From positions 44,989-108,988 of the forward strand of contig CAVTPF010000004.1 of the NCBI GenBank assembly GCA_963736525.1: 64,000 nucleotides of DNA. Direction: 5' to 3'. Both the position numbers and the translations under genes were made by a program. Under the pieces are notes generated by a model. The model did not search any database. It saw only the letters and a list, made by a program, of their open reading frames with translations, and was not told where the DNA came from. Below, one piece after another: positions 18,930 through 29,026 of the stretch (positions within the stretch are counted from its first letter, which is position 1; each line of letters begins with the position of its first letter). This stretch comes from an uncultured Acidimicrobiaceae bacterium. Lineage in GTDB: Bacteria > Actinomycetota > Acidimicrobiia > Acidimicrobiales > RAAP-2.

Positions 18930-18992
18930 GGCGGCCCGGTAGGGTCGACCCGGTCGGGCCCCTGCCGGGGCTCGACCGCAGGGAGGCACGCC

Positions 18993-20216
18993 ATGTACCA
19001 GTGGTCCGAAGAGCAGCTGGCGATCCGCGACGCGGTCCGGCGCTTCGTGGAGGAAGAGGTCAAGCCCAACGTCGAGGAGCTCGAGCACGGCGAGACCCCG
19101 CCGTACGAGGTGATCCGCAAGCTCTACCGGACCTTCGGGCTCGACGCCATGGCCAGGGAGTCCTTCAAGCGGGCGCTCGAGCGCTCGACGTCGGGCACGC
19201 CGGCCCCGGAGCGGACCGAGCGCGGCGGCAATGCGGCCCTCACGCTGATCCCCATCATCGAGCTGTGCCACTACTGCCCCGGCATCGTGACCGCGCTCGG
19301 GGTCTCGACGGGCCTGGCCGGCGGCACCATCATGAAGAGCGGCACGCCGGCCCAAATGGAGCGCTGGGGCCTCGACCTGATGACGGTGGACAAGATCGGC
19401 GCCTGGGCCATCACCGAGCCCGACTCGGGCTCCGACGCCCTGGGTGGCATGAAGTCCACGGCCGTGCGAGACGGTGACGAGTACGTGCTCAACGGCAACA
19501 AGACGTTCATCACGAACGGCCCCTACGCCGACACGATCGTCTTCTACGCCAAGCTCGACGACGGGAGCGGGACACCGCTGCGCCAGCGCCCCGTGCTCAC
19601 CTTCGTCCTGGACTCCGGCATGCCCGGGCTCCAGCAGTCGAAGCCGTTCCGCAAGATGGGGCTGCACTCGTCCCCCACGGGCGAGCTCTTCCTCACGGAC
19701 GTGCGGGCGGGCAGGGACCGGCTGCTCGGGGAGAGCGAGGGCCGGCCGGGCGGGACCGAGGGACGCGACAGCGCCAAGGGGAACTTCGTGACCGAGCGGG
19801 CGGGCGTCGCGGCCATGTCGCTCGGCCTCATAGAGGAATGCCTCGCGCTGTCCGTGCAGTACGCCAAGGACAGGCTGCTCTGGGAGCGGCCGATCGCCGA
19901 GTTCCAGCTGATTCAGCTGAAGCTGGCCCGGATGGAGATCGCCCGGCTGAACGTGGAGAACCTCGTGTTCCGCCACATAGAGATGAGCGCCGCCGGCAAG
20001 AGCCTCACCCTGGCCGAGGCCTCGGCCATGAAGCTGTACTCGGCCCAGGCCGCCTCCGAAGTGGCCATGGAGGCCGTGCAGCTCTTCGGGGGCAACGGGT
20101 ACATGTCAGAGTTCCGGGTGGAGCAGCTGGCCCGCGACGCCAAGGTGTTCCAGATCTACGCAGGCACGGACGAGATCCAGGTGACCCACATTGCCCGCGA
20201 CCTCCTCGGGCGCTGA
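18993..20216 (+). CDS. Acyl-CoA dehydrogenase
   Basis: GAWAITEPDSGSDA, NGNKTFITNG and FQIYAGTDEIQ motifs. GGGAGG lies upstream of the ATG. Confidence 0.85.
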   Translation: MYQWSEEQLAIRDAVRRFVEEEVKPNVEELEHGETPPYEVIRKLYRTFGLDAMARESFKRALERSTSGTPAPERTERGGNAALTLIPIIELCHYCPGIVTALGVSTGLAGGTIMKSGTPAQMERWGLDLMTVDKIGAWAITEPDSGSDALGGMKSTAVRDGDEYVLNGNKTFITNGPYADTIVFYAKLDDGSGTPLRQRPVLTFVLDSGMPGLQQSKPFRKMGLHSSPTGELFLTDVRAGRDRLLGESEGRPGGTEGRDSAKGNFVTERAGVAAMSLGLIEECLALSVQYAKDRLLWERPIAEFQLIQLKLARMEIARLNVENLVFRHIEMSAAGKSLTLAEASAMKLYSAQAASEVAMEAVQLFGGNGYMSEFRVEQLARDAKVFQIYAGTDEIQVTHIARDLLGR

Positions 20217-20217
20217 C

Positions 20218-21396
20218 GTGAGCGAGCTCTTCGGGACGGCGCCCGCCGACGCCGTCTACGACGAGATGGTCGACCTGCGGCGGGAGATCCATCGCCGTCC
20301 CGAGCTGGCCTTCGCCGAGCACAGGACCACCGCGCTGATCCGGGACCACATGGCGGCGCTGGGCATCGGCGAAGCAGTGCGGGTCACCGAGACGGGCGGC
20401 ATCTACGCACTGGAGGGCGGCCGGCCGGGTCGCAGCGTGGTGCTGCGGGCCGACATCGACGCGCTCCCGGTGCACGAGGACGGGTCCAGACCGGTGCACT
20501 CCGAGGTGGACGGGGTGATGCACGCCTGCGGGCACGACGTGCACGTGGCCGCCCTGCTGGGGGCGGCCACGGCATTGGCGTCACGCCAACCGGACCTTCC
20601 CGGACGCTACGTCTTCGTGTTCCAGCCGGGCGAGGAGGCGCTGTGCGGAGCCAAGGCGATGGTCGAGGGTGGCGCGCTGGACGTCATGGAGGGGGCGCGG
20701 CTGATCGGTTTCCACGTGACGTCGCAGATCCCCACGGGCCTGGTGGCGGTGCGCGGCGGGGTGACGATGTCCGAGGCCCACTCCCTGCGCGTGACGCTCC
20801 GCGGGCCCGGTGGGCACGGCGCCATGCCCAGCGGCCACGGCGACGTCGTCAAGGCGACGGCGGAGCTCGTCAGCCGGCTGGGCGAGGTGGTCGACGGTCT
20901 CTCTCTCGAGGAGACCAACTGCGTGTGTACCGCCGGCACGTTGCGGGCGGGGACGGCGGTCAACGTCGTCCCGACCTCTGCCACGGTCACCGGCACGCTG
21001 CGGACCTTCACGCCCGTGCAGCGCGAGGAGGCCATCACCCGCCTGCGCGCCCTGTGCGCCGCGATCGCCGATGGCCAGGGTGTGCAGGTCGAACTGGAGC
21101 TGCCCGAGCACACCCCGGCCGTGGTCAACGACCCGGTGGTGGCCGACCTGGTCGAAGCAGAGGCGCGGGCTGCCCTCGGTACCCACGGGGTGTTCCGGAT
21201 GCCGCCCTCGTCCCCGAGCGACGACGTCAGCGAATTCCTCGACAACCTGCCCGGCTGCTACTTCTTCGTCGGCGGCGCGGCCGCCGACGGCTCCAGCGGC
21301 ATGCACCACTCCCCCAGCTTCTCGGTCGAGGACGGATCGCTACGCGTCGGGGCGGGCCTCATGGTGCGCTGCGCGCTGGCGTTGGCCGCGCCGTGA
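20218..21396 (+). CDS. M20 family amidohydrolase (N-acyl-amino-acid amidohydrolase type)
   Basis: RREIHRRPELAFAEHRT, LRADIDALP, HACGHDVH and FVFQPGEE. The GTG at 20218 lies just after the upstream stop. Confidence 0.8.
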   Translation: MSELFGTAPADAVYDEMVDLRREIHRRPELAFAEHRTTALIRDHMAALGIGEAVRVTETGGIYALEGGRPGRSVVLRADIDALPVHEDGSRPVHSEVDGVMHACGHDVHVAALLGAATALASRQPDLPGRYVFVFQPGEEALCGAKAMVEGGALDVMEGARLIGFHVTSQIPTGLVAVRGGVTMSEAHSLRVTLRGPGGHGAMPSGHGDVVKATAELVSRLGEVVDGLSLEETNCVCTAGTLRAGTAVNVVPTSATVTGTLRTFTPVQREEAITRLRALCAAIADGQGVQVELELPEHTPAVVNDPVVADLVEAEARAALGTHGVFRMPPSSPSDDVSEFLDNLPGCYFFVGGAAADGSSGMHHSPSFSVEDGSLRVGAGLMVRCALALAAP

Positions 21397-21415
21397 GGTC
21401 AGTCCATGGGCCACA

Positions 21416-22195
21416 ATGGCGGCCGTGACCCCGGACCTCTTCTCCATCGACGGCAAGACGGCGCTCGTCACCGGCGGGACCCGCGGCATCGGCAGGATGA
21501 TCGCGGAAGGGTTCGTCGAGGCCGGAGCGTCGGTGTACATCTCATCGCGCAAGGCGGAGGCCTGCGCGGAGGTGGCGGCCGAGCTCTCCAAGAAGGGCAC
21601 CTGCATCGGCCTTCCGGCCGACCTGTCCAAGGAGGACGAGTGCCGCCGGCTCGCCGACGAGATGGCGTCGCGGGTGGACAAGCTCGACATCCTCGTCAAC
21701 AACGCGGGCGCCACCTGGGGCACGCCACTGGCCGACTTCGACGAAGCCGCCTTCGAACGGGTCCTGGCCCTGAACGTCAAGGGCGTCTTCCACCTGACCA
21801 AGTTCCTGGTCCCGCTCCTGGAGAAGGCAGGGACGCAGGAGGAACCTGCCCGGGTCATCAACATCGGCTCCATCGACGGGATTCAGGTGCCGATGCTCGA
21901 GACCTACTCCTACTCGGCGTCGAAGGCGGCCGTGCACCAGATGACCCGGCACCTGGCCCGCCGCCTCGCCCCGACCATCACCGTCAACGCCATTGCGCCG
22001 GGGCCGTTCGAGTCGAAGATGATGGCCGCCACGCTCGAGGCGTTCGGGGAGCAGATCGCGGCGAATGCCCCGCTCAAGCGCATCGGACGCCCCGACGACA
22101 TGGTGGGCACGGCCATCTTCCTGGCTTCGCGGGCGGGCGCCTACCTGACCGGTGCCATCATTCCGGTGGACGGAGGCATCGCCACCACCCGTTAG
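21416..22195 (+). CDS. SDR family oxidoreductase
   Basis: TGGTRGIG, NNAG and YSASKAAV motifs. Only the last 259 codons of ORF 20810..22195 are real. Confidence 0.85.
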   Translation: MAAVTPDLFSIDGKTALVTGGTRGIGRMIAEGFVEAGASVYISSRKAEACAEVAAELSKKGTCIGLPADLSKEDECRRLADEMASRVDKLDILVNNAGATWGTPLADFDEAAFERVLALNVKGVFHLTKFLVPLLEKAGTQEEPARVINIGSIDGIQVPMLETYSYSASKAAVHQMTRHLARRLAPTITVNAIAPGPFESKMMAATLEAFGEQIAANAPLKRIGRPDDMVGTAIFLASRAGAYLTGAIIPVDGGIATTR

Positions 22196-22219
22196 CGAGG
22201 ACCACAAGGGGGCTCCGCC

Positions 22220-22930
22220 ATGTTGTTGCTCCATGAAGTGCACCGGGTCGCCGGGTCGCAGGAAGAGAACTTCGAGTCGGCGTACCGGGACCGCCTGCTC
22301 TCCGCCCTCGCCGAGACCGCGGGGTCCCGGCTGCTGTGGTTCCTCCGGGTCGCCCACGGCAGCGGCCCGGCGTACACGGTGGTCACGATCATCGGCTGTC
22401 GCGACGCAACGGCATGGGCGGAGCTGGCCGAGCGCATGCGCGAGGGCGACCTGGCCGAGTGGTCCTCGGAGGTCGACGCCATGCGCCACGCCTGCGACGC
22501 CAAGATCCTCACTCCCGTGTCGTGGTCGCCGGTGCAGGAGATCGACCTGGCGACGGTCCCGACGAGCGGCGCCTCGCACGAGCTCAGCCTGTTCATGGAG
22601 GACACGGCGTGGCCGTACCCGGGCGGGCTCCGCGCCTACCTGGGCAAGGCCGGCACCCTCTACGACACCGAGTTGACCACCTCGAGGCGGGAGGGGCGGA
22701 GCATCATTGAGCTCGAGGCCGCGTTCCAACCCGTCTACGGCTCACACCGCACCAACGAGGTGGTCCTGTGGCAGCGCGTGGTGAACCACAAGGCGCTGCT
22801 CTACCTGCTCGCCAACGACATGCCCCCCTCCGCCACCGCGCCGGGGACGTGGATGCACGACGCCCTGGCCGTGCGCGACCGCTGGGAGAGCCGGATTCTG
22901 CGCAGCGCGGAGTGGTCCCCGCTCTACTGA
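22220..22930 (+). CDS. Hypothetical protein with two similar halves (NIPSNAP-like alpha+beta barrel guess)
   Basis: Both halves end in ...IL(T/R)..(S/E)WSP. The function is not recognised. Confidence 0.45.
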   Translation: MLLLHEVHRVAGSQEENFESAYRDRLLSALAETAGSRLLWFLRVAHGSGPAYTVVTIIGCRDATAWAELAERMREGDLAEWSSEVDAMRHACDAKILTPVSWSPVQEIDLATVPTSGASHELSLFMEDTAWPYPGGLRAYLGKAGTLYDTELTTSRREGRSIIELEAAFQPVYGSHRTNEVVLWQRVVNHKALLYLLANDMPPSATAPGTWMHDALAVRDRWESRILRSAEWSPLY

Positions 22931-23024
22931 GGCGGCGTCGGCGCCTGGGGCCCGGTCCGGGAGCCGCGCAACTCGGGCACAATTGCCACCCTACGCCGGG
23001 GATGCTGCCTTTATCGTCTTCTCC

Positions 23025-23504
23025 ATGACCGCGTACGAGGACCAGGCCTGGCTGCACCCGTCACCGGTGCTGTGGCGGATGCGCAAGGCCGAGCTGGTCA
23101 CCTTCACCGCGGTGCTGGCGGGATGCTTCGGCCTCATCTTCCTCGCGGCGGTGGGCCCGCTCGCGGGGGCGGTCACCGTCGCCGTCGTCGTCGGGATCGG
23201 TGCCGCGCTGTCGTGGTTCGTCCGCCGCCGCTATCGGGCCTGGCGCTACCAGGAGCGTCATGAGGACCTCATCGTCGGCCGGGGGGTCATGGTGCAACGG
23301 CTCTCGGTCGTGCCCTACGGGAGGATGCAGTTCGTCGAGGTGACCGCCGGCCCGGTCGAGCGCCTGTTCCATCTGTCCACGGTCAAGTTGCACACCGCGG
23401 CCGCGGCCAGCGACGCCCGGATCCCCGGGCTCGAGACGGCCGAGGCGGCACGGCTCCGGGACCGCCTGACCGAACTGGGCGAGTCGATGGGGGCGGGCAT
23501 GTGA
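23025..23504 (+). CDS. PH-domain (bPH_2) membrane protein, YdbS-like
   Basis: Two helices, then LIVGRGVMVQRLSVVPYGRMQFVEVTAGPVERLFHLSTVKLHTA. The ATG at 23025 (MTAYED) was chosen as the start. Confidence 0.7.
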   Translation: MTAYEDQAWLHPSPVLWRMRKAELVTFTAVLAGCFGLIFLAAVGPLAGAVTVAVVVGIGAALSWFVRRRYRAWRYQERHEDLIVGRGVMVQRLSVVPYGRMQFVEVTAGPVERLFHLSTVKLHTAAAASDARIPGLETAEAARLRDRLTELGESMGAGM

Positions 23505-24976
23505 CAGCGGACCAGCCCGTGGCGGGGCTCCCCGACGACGGCTGGCGCCGCCTTCACCCGTTCTCACCCGTGGCGCGCGTCGGGCGGCTCGTCCCGGCGC
23601 TCGTCCTTCTCTTCTTGGTCTCCACGGTGCACTCGAAGGCCGAGAACGGCCAGGTGGAGACCGACTACCTCGTGGTGATCACACTGGCCTCGGCGGTCTA
23701 CGGCTACGTGCACTGGATGGTGACCCGCTGGCGCTTCGAGGGCGGGACGCTGCGCATCGAGACCGGGCTGATCCGAAAGGACTCGCGCCGGCTGCCGCTG
23801 GCACGCATCCAAGCCGTCGACATCGTGCGCCCGCTACTGGCGCGGCTGCTCGGCGTGTCCGAGCTGCGCATCCGCCTGGCCGGATCGGGATCGACCGACG
23901 GCAAGCTGGCCTACCTGGCGGAAGCCGAAGCGGCCGAGCTCCGCCTGGCCCTGCTCGCCGGGCACCACCAGAGCGACCCGCCCGTGTCGGCCAACACCGG
24001 GCTCCCCATGGCGAGCGTGACCACGGGCCGTCTCCTCGGCTCCGTCCTGCTCTCCCTCGTCAGCCTCGTCCTGATCGGCACGGTCGCCACCCTGGCCGTG
24101 CTGGACGAGTTCGAGCCCAGGACCGCCGCCGCCGCGGCCGGCTTCCTGGCCGTCTACCTGCTCAGCTTCGCCGGCGTGATCTGGCGGCGGCTCTCGGGCC
24201 AGTACGCCTTCGTCGCCGTGGAAGGGCCGGAGGGGGTGCGCATCCGCCGCGGGCTCCTGCAGACGATCTCCGAGACGATCCCCTACGGACGGATCCAGGC
24301 GGTGCGCCAGGTGGAGCCGCTGCTGTGGCGGCCGTTCGGCTGGTGCCGTCTGGAGGTGGACGTCGCGGGCGCGACGGCGCGCAACCAGCGCGGCGAGGGG
24401 ACGGGCGTGGTGCGCAAGGCGCTGCTTCCGGTGGGGTCGCAGCAGGACTCGTGGCACCTGCTGGCCCGCCTGCTGGGTGGTCCGGACCCGACGCGCACGC
24501 CTCCCCCGCCGCGGGCTCGCCTCAAGGCGCCGCTCAGCTTCCACTTCTTGTCGGCCGGCCACGACGGCACGCACGCCGTGTGCGTGACCGGGCGCATCAA
24601 CCGGACGACCACCTGGGTCTCGTTCGAGAAGTCACAGAGCATCCGCAGAGTCCAGGGGCCGCTGCAGCGGCCGCTCGGGCTGGCCACGGTGCACCTGGAC
24701 GTCGCCGGCAAGCGCGCCCGCGCCGAGTTCCGGGACCGGGAGCTGGCAGAGGCGGACCGGCTGGTGCAGGAGCTGTCCGAGCTCAGCCGGCTGGCCCGGA
24801 TGCACCGGAACCCTGCCCCACCCGCATCCCTCGGCGCGACGGGCGTCGCGCCCTCAGGCTGGTATCCGGACCCGTCGGGACGCCACGAACGGCGCTACTG
24901 GCACGACGGTCGCTGGACCGAGCACGTCGGCGACGGCGGCCGGCGCAGCACGGACGTGCCTATGCCGGCACCGTGA
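23501..24976 (+). CDS. Triple bPH_2 membrane protein, YdbT-like, with a C-terminal DUF2510-type motif
   Basis: The GTG overlaps the upstream stop. It has repeated ...RIQAVDIVRPLLARLLGVSELRI... style units, and the C-terminus is GWYPDPSGRHERRYWHDGRWTEHV. Confidence 0.7.
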   Translation: MTADQPVAGLPDDGWRRLHPFSPVARVGRLVPALVLLFLVSTVHSKAENGQVETDYLVVITLASAVYGYVHWMVTRWRFEGGTLRIETGLIRKDSRRLPLARIQAVDIVRPLLARLLGVSELRIRLAGSGSTDGKLAYLAEAEAAELRLALLAGHHQSDPPVSANTGLPMASVTTGRLLGSVLLSLVSLVLIGTVATLAVLDEFEPRTAAAAAGFLAVYLLSFAGVIWRRLSGQYAFVAVEGPEGVRIRRGLLQTISETIPYGRIQAVRQVEPLLWRPFGWCRLEVDVAGATARNQRGEGTGVVRKALLPVGSQQDSWHLLARLLGGPDPTRTPPPPRARLKAPLSFHFLSAGHDGTHAVCVTGRINRTTTWVSFEKSQSIRRVQGPLQRPLGLATVHLDVAGKRARAEFRDRELAEADRLVQELSELSRLARMHRNPAPPASLGATGVAPSGWYPDPSGRHERRYWHDGRWTEHVGDGGRRSTDVPMPAP

Positions 24977-26213
24977 TGCACATCGGGAAGTGGTCGATGG
25001 AGCGGATGCCGGGCGTGTAGACGAGGGTGTGGTCCGGCTCGATCTCGTAGTCGGGTATCCGCTTGTGCCACTCGCGCAGTGCGACCCGCAGCTCGAGGCG
25101 GGCCAGGTGCGACCCGAGGCAGCGGTGGATGCCGCCGCCGAAGGCGATGTGCGGGTTGACCTCGCGGTCGAAACGCACCTCCTCGGCGTCGGGAAATTCG
25201 GCCTCGTCGGTGTTGGCGGAGCCGATCATGACCATCACCTGGTCGCCGGCGTGAATGGGGCAACCGTTGAGCTCCGTGTCCTCGACCGCCACCCGCGCGA
25301 TCCCCATGACCGGCGTCTCCCAGCGCAGGAGCTCCTCGACCGCGTTCGGGATGAGCCCGGGGTCGTCCACCAGCTGGCGCCGCTGCTCGGGGTGCTGGGC
25401 CAGGAAGGCGAACATGCAGTCGAGTGTGGCGGTGACGGTGTCGAGCCCGGCGATGAGGAAGAGGAAGCAGATGTCGAGGATGTCCTCCCGCGTGAGCCGA
25501 TCGCCTTCCACCTCGGCGTCGAGGAAGCGTGACAACAGGTCGTCGCGCCGTTCCACCTCCCGCTGGTCGAGGATCTCGTTGAAGTAGTCGTAGACGGAGT
25601 CGGCGATCATCTGCTGGTAGTCGCTCGCCTCCTGGGACCCGTACAGCTTCCCGGTCACGTGGTCCGGACGGATGATGCCGTCCTTCATGGTGAGGAAACG
25701 GTCCAGCTCGTCGAGGGGCAGGCCCAAGAGGGTGAGGAACACCTGGGAGGGGAACGGGATGGAGAACTCCTTGGCGAAGTCGATCTCCTCCCGATCGATG
25801 AAACCGTCGATGAGCTGGTTGACCAGGGCCGAGACCCCGTCGTCCATGAGGGCCATCTTGCGGGGCGCGAAGATGGGGTCGAGCAGCTTGCGGTACTTCT
25901 TGTGCTCGGGCGGGTCGATCTGCAGGGGGATCATCGGCCGCTTGTTCTTGAGGTCGACGGCGTCCATGTTGGACGAGAAGATCTCGGGGTGGCGGAGGGC
26001 TTCCGCGATCTCGGCCTTGCGCGAGAGGAGGACACCGGGACCCGAGGGCATGTCGATGGACATGACGGGCATTTCGTCGCGCAAGACCTTGAAGACGGGC
26101 TGCGGGTTGGCGGCCATGCCGGCATCCATGCCGGACAGCGGGTTCTCGCCGTACGAGGACGTCGTGGTGTCCGTCTCCGCTGTGTTCGTTTCGGCTGTGG
26201 TCTCGGTGTCCAT
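24960..26213 (-). CDS. Cytochrome P450
   Basis: The haem loop FGGGIHRCLGSHLA and the EELLRW (ExxR) motif. The ATG at 26213 is preceded by GGAGAG. The N-terminal 221 codons of the track ORF are out-of-gene. Confidence 0.85.
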   Translation of the reverse strand: MDTETTAETNTAETDTTTSSYGENPLSGMDAGMAANPQPVFKVLRDEMPVMSIDMPSGPGVLLSRKAEIAEALRHPEIFSSNMDAVDLKNKRPMIPLQIDPPEHKKYRKLLDPIFAPRKMALMDDGVSALVNQLIDGFIDREEIDFAKEFSIPFPSQVFLTLLGLPLDELDRFLTMKDGIIRPDHVTGKLYGSQEASDYQQMIADSVYDYFNEILDQREVERRDDLLSRFLDAEVEGDRLTREDILDICFLFLIAGLDTVTATLDCMFAFLAQHPEQRRQLVDDPGLIPNAVEELLRWETPVMGIARVAVEDTELNGCPIHAGDQVMVMIGSANTDEAEFPDAEEVRFDREVNPHIAFGGGIHRCLGSHLARLELRVALREWHKRIPDYEIEPDHTLVYTPGIRSIDHFPMCITVPA

Positions 26214-26227
26214 GTGGCTCTCCGTAG

Positions 26228-26836
26228 TTAGTCGGACGTGATCTGAAGAATTCGGTTGATCGACTGCACGAGCGAGGCCTCGTCGGACTCGGGGATGATC
26301 CAGCTCGACGCGAACAGGCGGGCGATGACGTCCACCAGCTGCTCGCGGCCGACGGCGCCGTTCGCCACCGCGGGCACGGTGTCGAGGGCGTCCCCGAGGC
26401 GCAGCACCAGCTCGCGGCGCAGGGAAGGCAGGTGGTCGAGCAGGTAGCTCATGACGAAACCGGGCTCGGACTCGAACAGGGGGCGGCACGGGTGCGAGCG
26501 GATGAAATCGAACGCGTAGGCCATGAAGGCTCCGATGCGGTCCCCGGGCGCCGGCATCGCGGCCAGGACGTCGTCGAGCCCGCTGTTGAAGCGCCGTTCG
26601 TCGTACTCCGCGGCACCTCGCAGCACATGGTCCTTGCTCGGGAAGTAGCGGTACAGGGTCCCCCGCGACACCCCCGCCACTTCGGCGATCTCGCGCATGC
26701 CGAGCCGGAGCACGCCGCGGCGTCCGATCAGGCCCAGGGCCGCGGTGAGGATGCGCTCCTCGGTCGCGCCGATCGGGCGGGGGGGGGCGACGGTCAGATC
26801 CACATCGGGGATGGGGTCCTGAAGGATCGCCGTCAT
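26228..26836 (-). CDS. TetR family transcriptional regulator
   Basis: The HTH stretch MREIAEVAGVSRGTLYRYFPSKDHV. It lies immediately upstream of the P450 on the same strand. Confidence 0.85.
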   Translation of the reverse strand: MTAILQDPIPDVDLTVAPPRPIGATEERILTAALGLIGRRGVLRLGMREIAEVAGVSRGTLYRYFPSKDHVLRGAAEYDERRFNSGLDDVLAAMPAPGDRIGAFMAYAFDFIRSHPCRPLFESEPGFVMSYLLDHLPSLRRELVLRLGDALDTVPAVANGAVGREQLVDVIARLFASSWIIPESDEASLVQSINRILQITSD

Positions 26837-26894
26837 GCAGAGACATATTAGACACATTCCGTTCGATCTGTCTCATCACTGTCCGAGGACGACC

Positions 26895-26963
26895 GGGGGC
26901 AACAAGGTGATGGCCTCGGCGCCGACGGGTGCCATCCCCTTCTCGTCGCTCGTGCCCGGCTGA
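26895..26963 (+). pseudogene. Remnant (last ~22 codons) of a paralogue of the 48693..49439 gene
   Basis: It reads ...APTGAIPFSSLVPG*, compared with ...APTGAIPFSSLVSTSG* at 49366-49439. The similarity is visible at the nucleotide level, and there is no upstream coding body. Confidence 0.45.
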
Positions 26964-26985
26964 CGCCAGGTGCCGCGACGACTCG

Positions 26986-28953
26986 CTACCAGTCGAGGGT
27001 GAAGGTGAAGGTCGCCGGGGCGAAGTCGGTCGACCCGGCAGAGCTGATCGTCACCATGGCACTGGTGCCGGGGAGGCCCGAGAGCTCGTTGGCGGCGATC
27101 GTCCAGAAATAGTCCACCTGCCCTGTGGCGGCATCCGAGGAGGGAGCGCTCTCGCTCGGGTCCGTGATCCCCAGGGCGGTCGTCTCGTCCGTCGTCCCGT
27201 CGACGACGTCGACGGACAACGGACCCGGCGGCGTCCCGTTGCCGGTTGCGACGGCACCCAGCTGCACGCTGATTTCGTTGGCGTCCGCGGGGACAACGGT
27301 GACCGTGCCTCCGTTTGACAGTGACTGTGTGGTGCTCGAGGTGAGGTCCTCGGTGCTGGCGGTGAGGCTCACGGCACCGATGTCGTAGAAGGCCTGGACC
27401 GCGGGGGACGTCGTCGCGAAGTCGCCCGGCGCGTCCGAGAAAGACGAGAAGGTGGCGTCCACCTCGTTGCTCAGTCCCGGGCCGATCGTCGGGTCGGTGG
27501 TGAACGTCGCCTGCCCGTTCACCAGTTCCACCGGCGTGTCGGTTCCCAGCTGGGAGAAGGTGACGTCGCCGGTCGGCGTCAGACCGCCGCATGACGGCGA
27601 GCAGGTCACGGTGGCGGTGTAGGTCACGGGCACACCGAATGGGGTGGACGTCGTGTTCGGGGTCAAGGTGAGCGCCGTCGGCGCCGCGTCGACGGTGAGG
27701 TCGGTGCTGGCCGTGGAGGACGCGTTGAACGCGTCTCCCGTGTAGCTGGCCGTCACCGTGTAGTCACCGGCGTCGAGGTTGTCCGGGGTCGTGAAGCTGG
27801 CCTGGCCGGCCACGAGTGGCACCGTCGTGATTCCGGTGCCGGCGGAGAACTGGACAAAACCGCTCGGCGAAGTGCCACCGGTGACCGTCGCGGTGTAGGT
27901 CACCGCCGACGACTGGTAGGTGACTGGATCGGTCCCGCCGGACAGCGTCAGCGTCGTCGGCTGGGGGATCACCCCGGCACCCTGGACGACAAGCACGAAG
28001 TCCTGCGTCGACGAAAGACCGTTGCTCGCACTCACGTCGATCGGGTAGTCCCCCTGGGTCCCCGCGGCCGGTGCGCCCGACAGGTTGACCGCGAAGCCCT
28101 TTCCGTTGTGCACGGAGTGGAGCATCATGCCCGTGGGGGGCGCGCCAGTGACGGTCACGTTGGCCATCTTCGGAAACCCGGGCGTCCCCGCGATGCTCAC
28201 TGCGGTCGTTGGGGTGGCGCCCGCCGTGACGGTTGCCATGCCCGAGTCCGTGAAGGTCGGCGCCTCGTCGACGACGAGTTTGCAGTGCAGGTTCCGAGTC
28301 GTGTTGTTCGCATCCGAGGAGTACTGCAGCCCGTAATTGCCACCGGTACCCGGTTCGGGCGTGCCCGACAGGACACCGGCATCCTCGTTGTTCACATCCT
28401 GGTTGAACGAGATCCCCGAGGGGAGCGAATTGTTCTCGTCCAGCCCGAAGAAGGGCGGATAGGCGATGTCGGACTGGTCGTCATGGGTGTACTGCCCCAC
28501 GGTCATCGGCCCCGGGCAGAAGTTGCTGGCGAACACGGGGGTTTGAAAGACGGTGAGGTCGTAGGGCTCGGTGTCGGTGCCCTGGCTGTTCGTCGCCGTG
28601 ATCGTGATGAAGTAGTCGTTGCCCGTACCCGGCGCCGGCACGCCCGAGATGGTCGCGGACCCGCTTCCGGAGTTGAACGCCATGCCCGCCGGCAGCGCAC
28701 CCATCTCGGCGAACGTCGGCTTCGGATACCCGGTCGCGGTGATGTGCACCTCCTTGTTCTTGCCGACGACGACGGTGGCCGCGCTCTGTTTGATGGAAGG
28801 AGGCGACAGGGTTGGGGTGGCCGCGACCGGGCCAGCCATCCATACCAGGCCGAGGCCGAGGAACGACAGCGCGCTGACGAAGCACACGCCGCTCCGTACC
28901 TTCGACGCCGTCTTCGCGCCGCGCCGCGCCGCTCGCCATGGCACCCTGTGCAT
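26986..28953 (-). CDS. Secreted Ig-like-domain repeat protein (putative-Ig plus bacterial Ig-like group 3 type repeats)
   Basis: Signal peptide. Repeats include ISGVPAPGTGNDYFITITATNSQGTD and TYTATVTGGTSPSGFVQFSAG...GDYTVTASYTGD. The ATG at 28953 was chosen; the TTG at 28983 is an alternative. Confidence 0.7.
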   Translation of the reverse strand: MHRVPWRAARRGAKTASKVRSGVCFVSALSFLGLGLVWMAGPVAATPTLSPPSIKQSAATVVVGKNKEVHITATGYPKPTFAEMGALPAGMAFNSGSGSATISGVPAPGTGNDYFITITATNSQGTDTEPYDLTVFQTPVFASNFCPGPMTVGQYTHDDQSDIAYPPFFGLDENNSLPSGISFNQDVNNEDAGVLSGTPEPGTGGNYGLQYSSDANNTTRNLHCKLVVDEAPTFTDSGMATVTAGATPTTAVSIAGTPGFPKMANVTVTGAPPTGMMLHSVHNGKGFAVNLSGAPAAGTQGDYPIDVSASNGLSSTQDFVLVVQGAGVIPQPTTLTLSGGTDPVTYQSSAVTYTATVTGGTSPSGFVQFSAGTGITTVPLVAGQASFTTPDNLDAGDYTVTASYTGDAFNASSTASTDLTVDAAPTALTLTPNTTSTPFGVPVTYTATVTCSPSCGGLTPTGDVTFSQLGTDTPVELVNGQATFTTDPTIGPGLSNEVDATFSSFSDAPGDFATTSPAVQAFYDIGAVSLTASTEDLTSSTTQSLSNGGTVTVVPADANEISVQLGAVATGNGTPPGPLSVDVVDGTTDETTALGITDPSESAPSSDAATGQVDYFWTIAANELSGLPGTSAMVTISSAGSTDFAPATFTFTLDW

Positions 28954-29026
28954 CGTTGGCCAATGTACCGGCGACCCCCGCAAGCTTCGAAGCAGATCAC
29001 CCAGGTGTCACCTGGAGGTCACCCAC

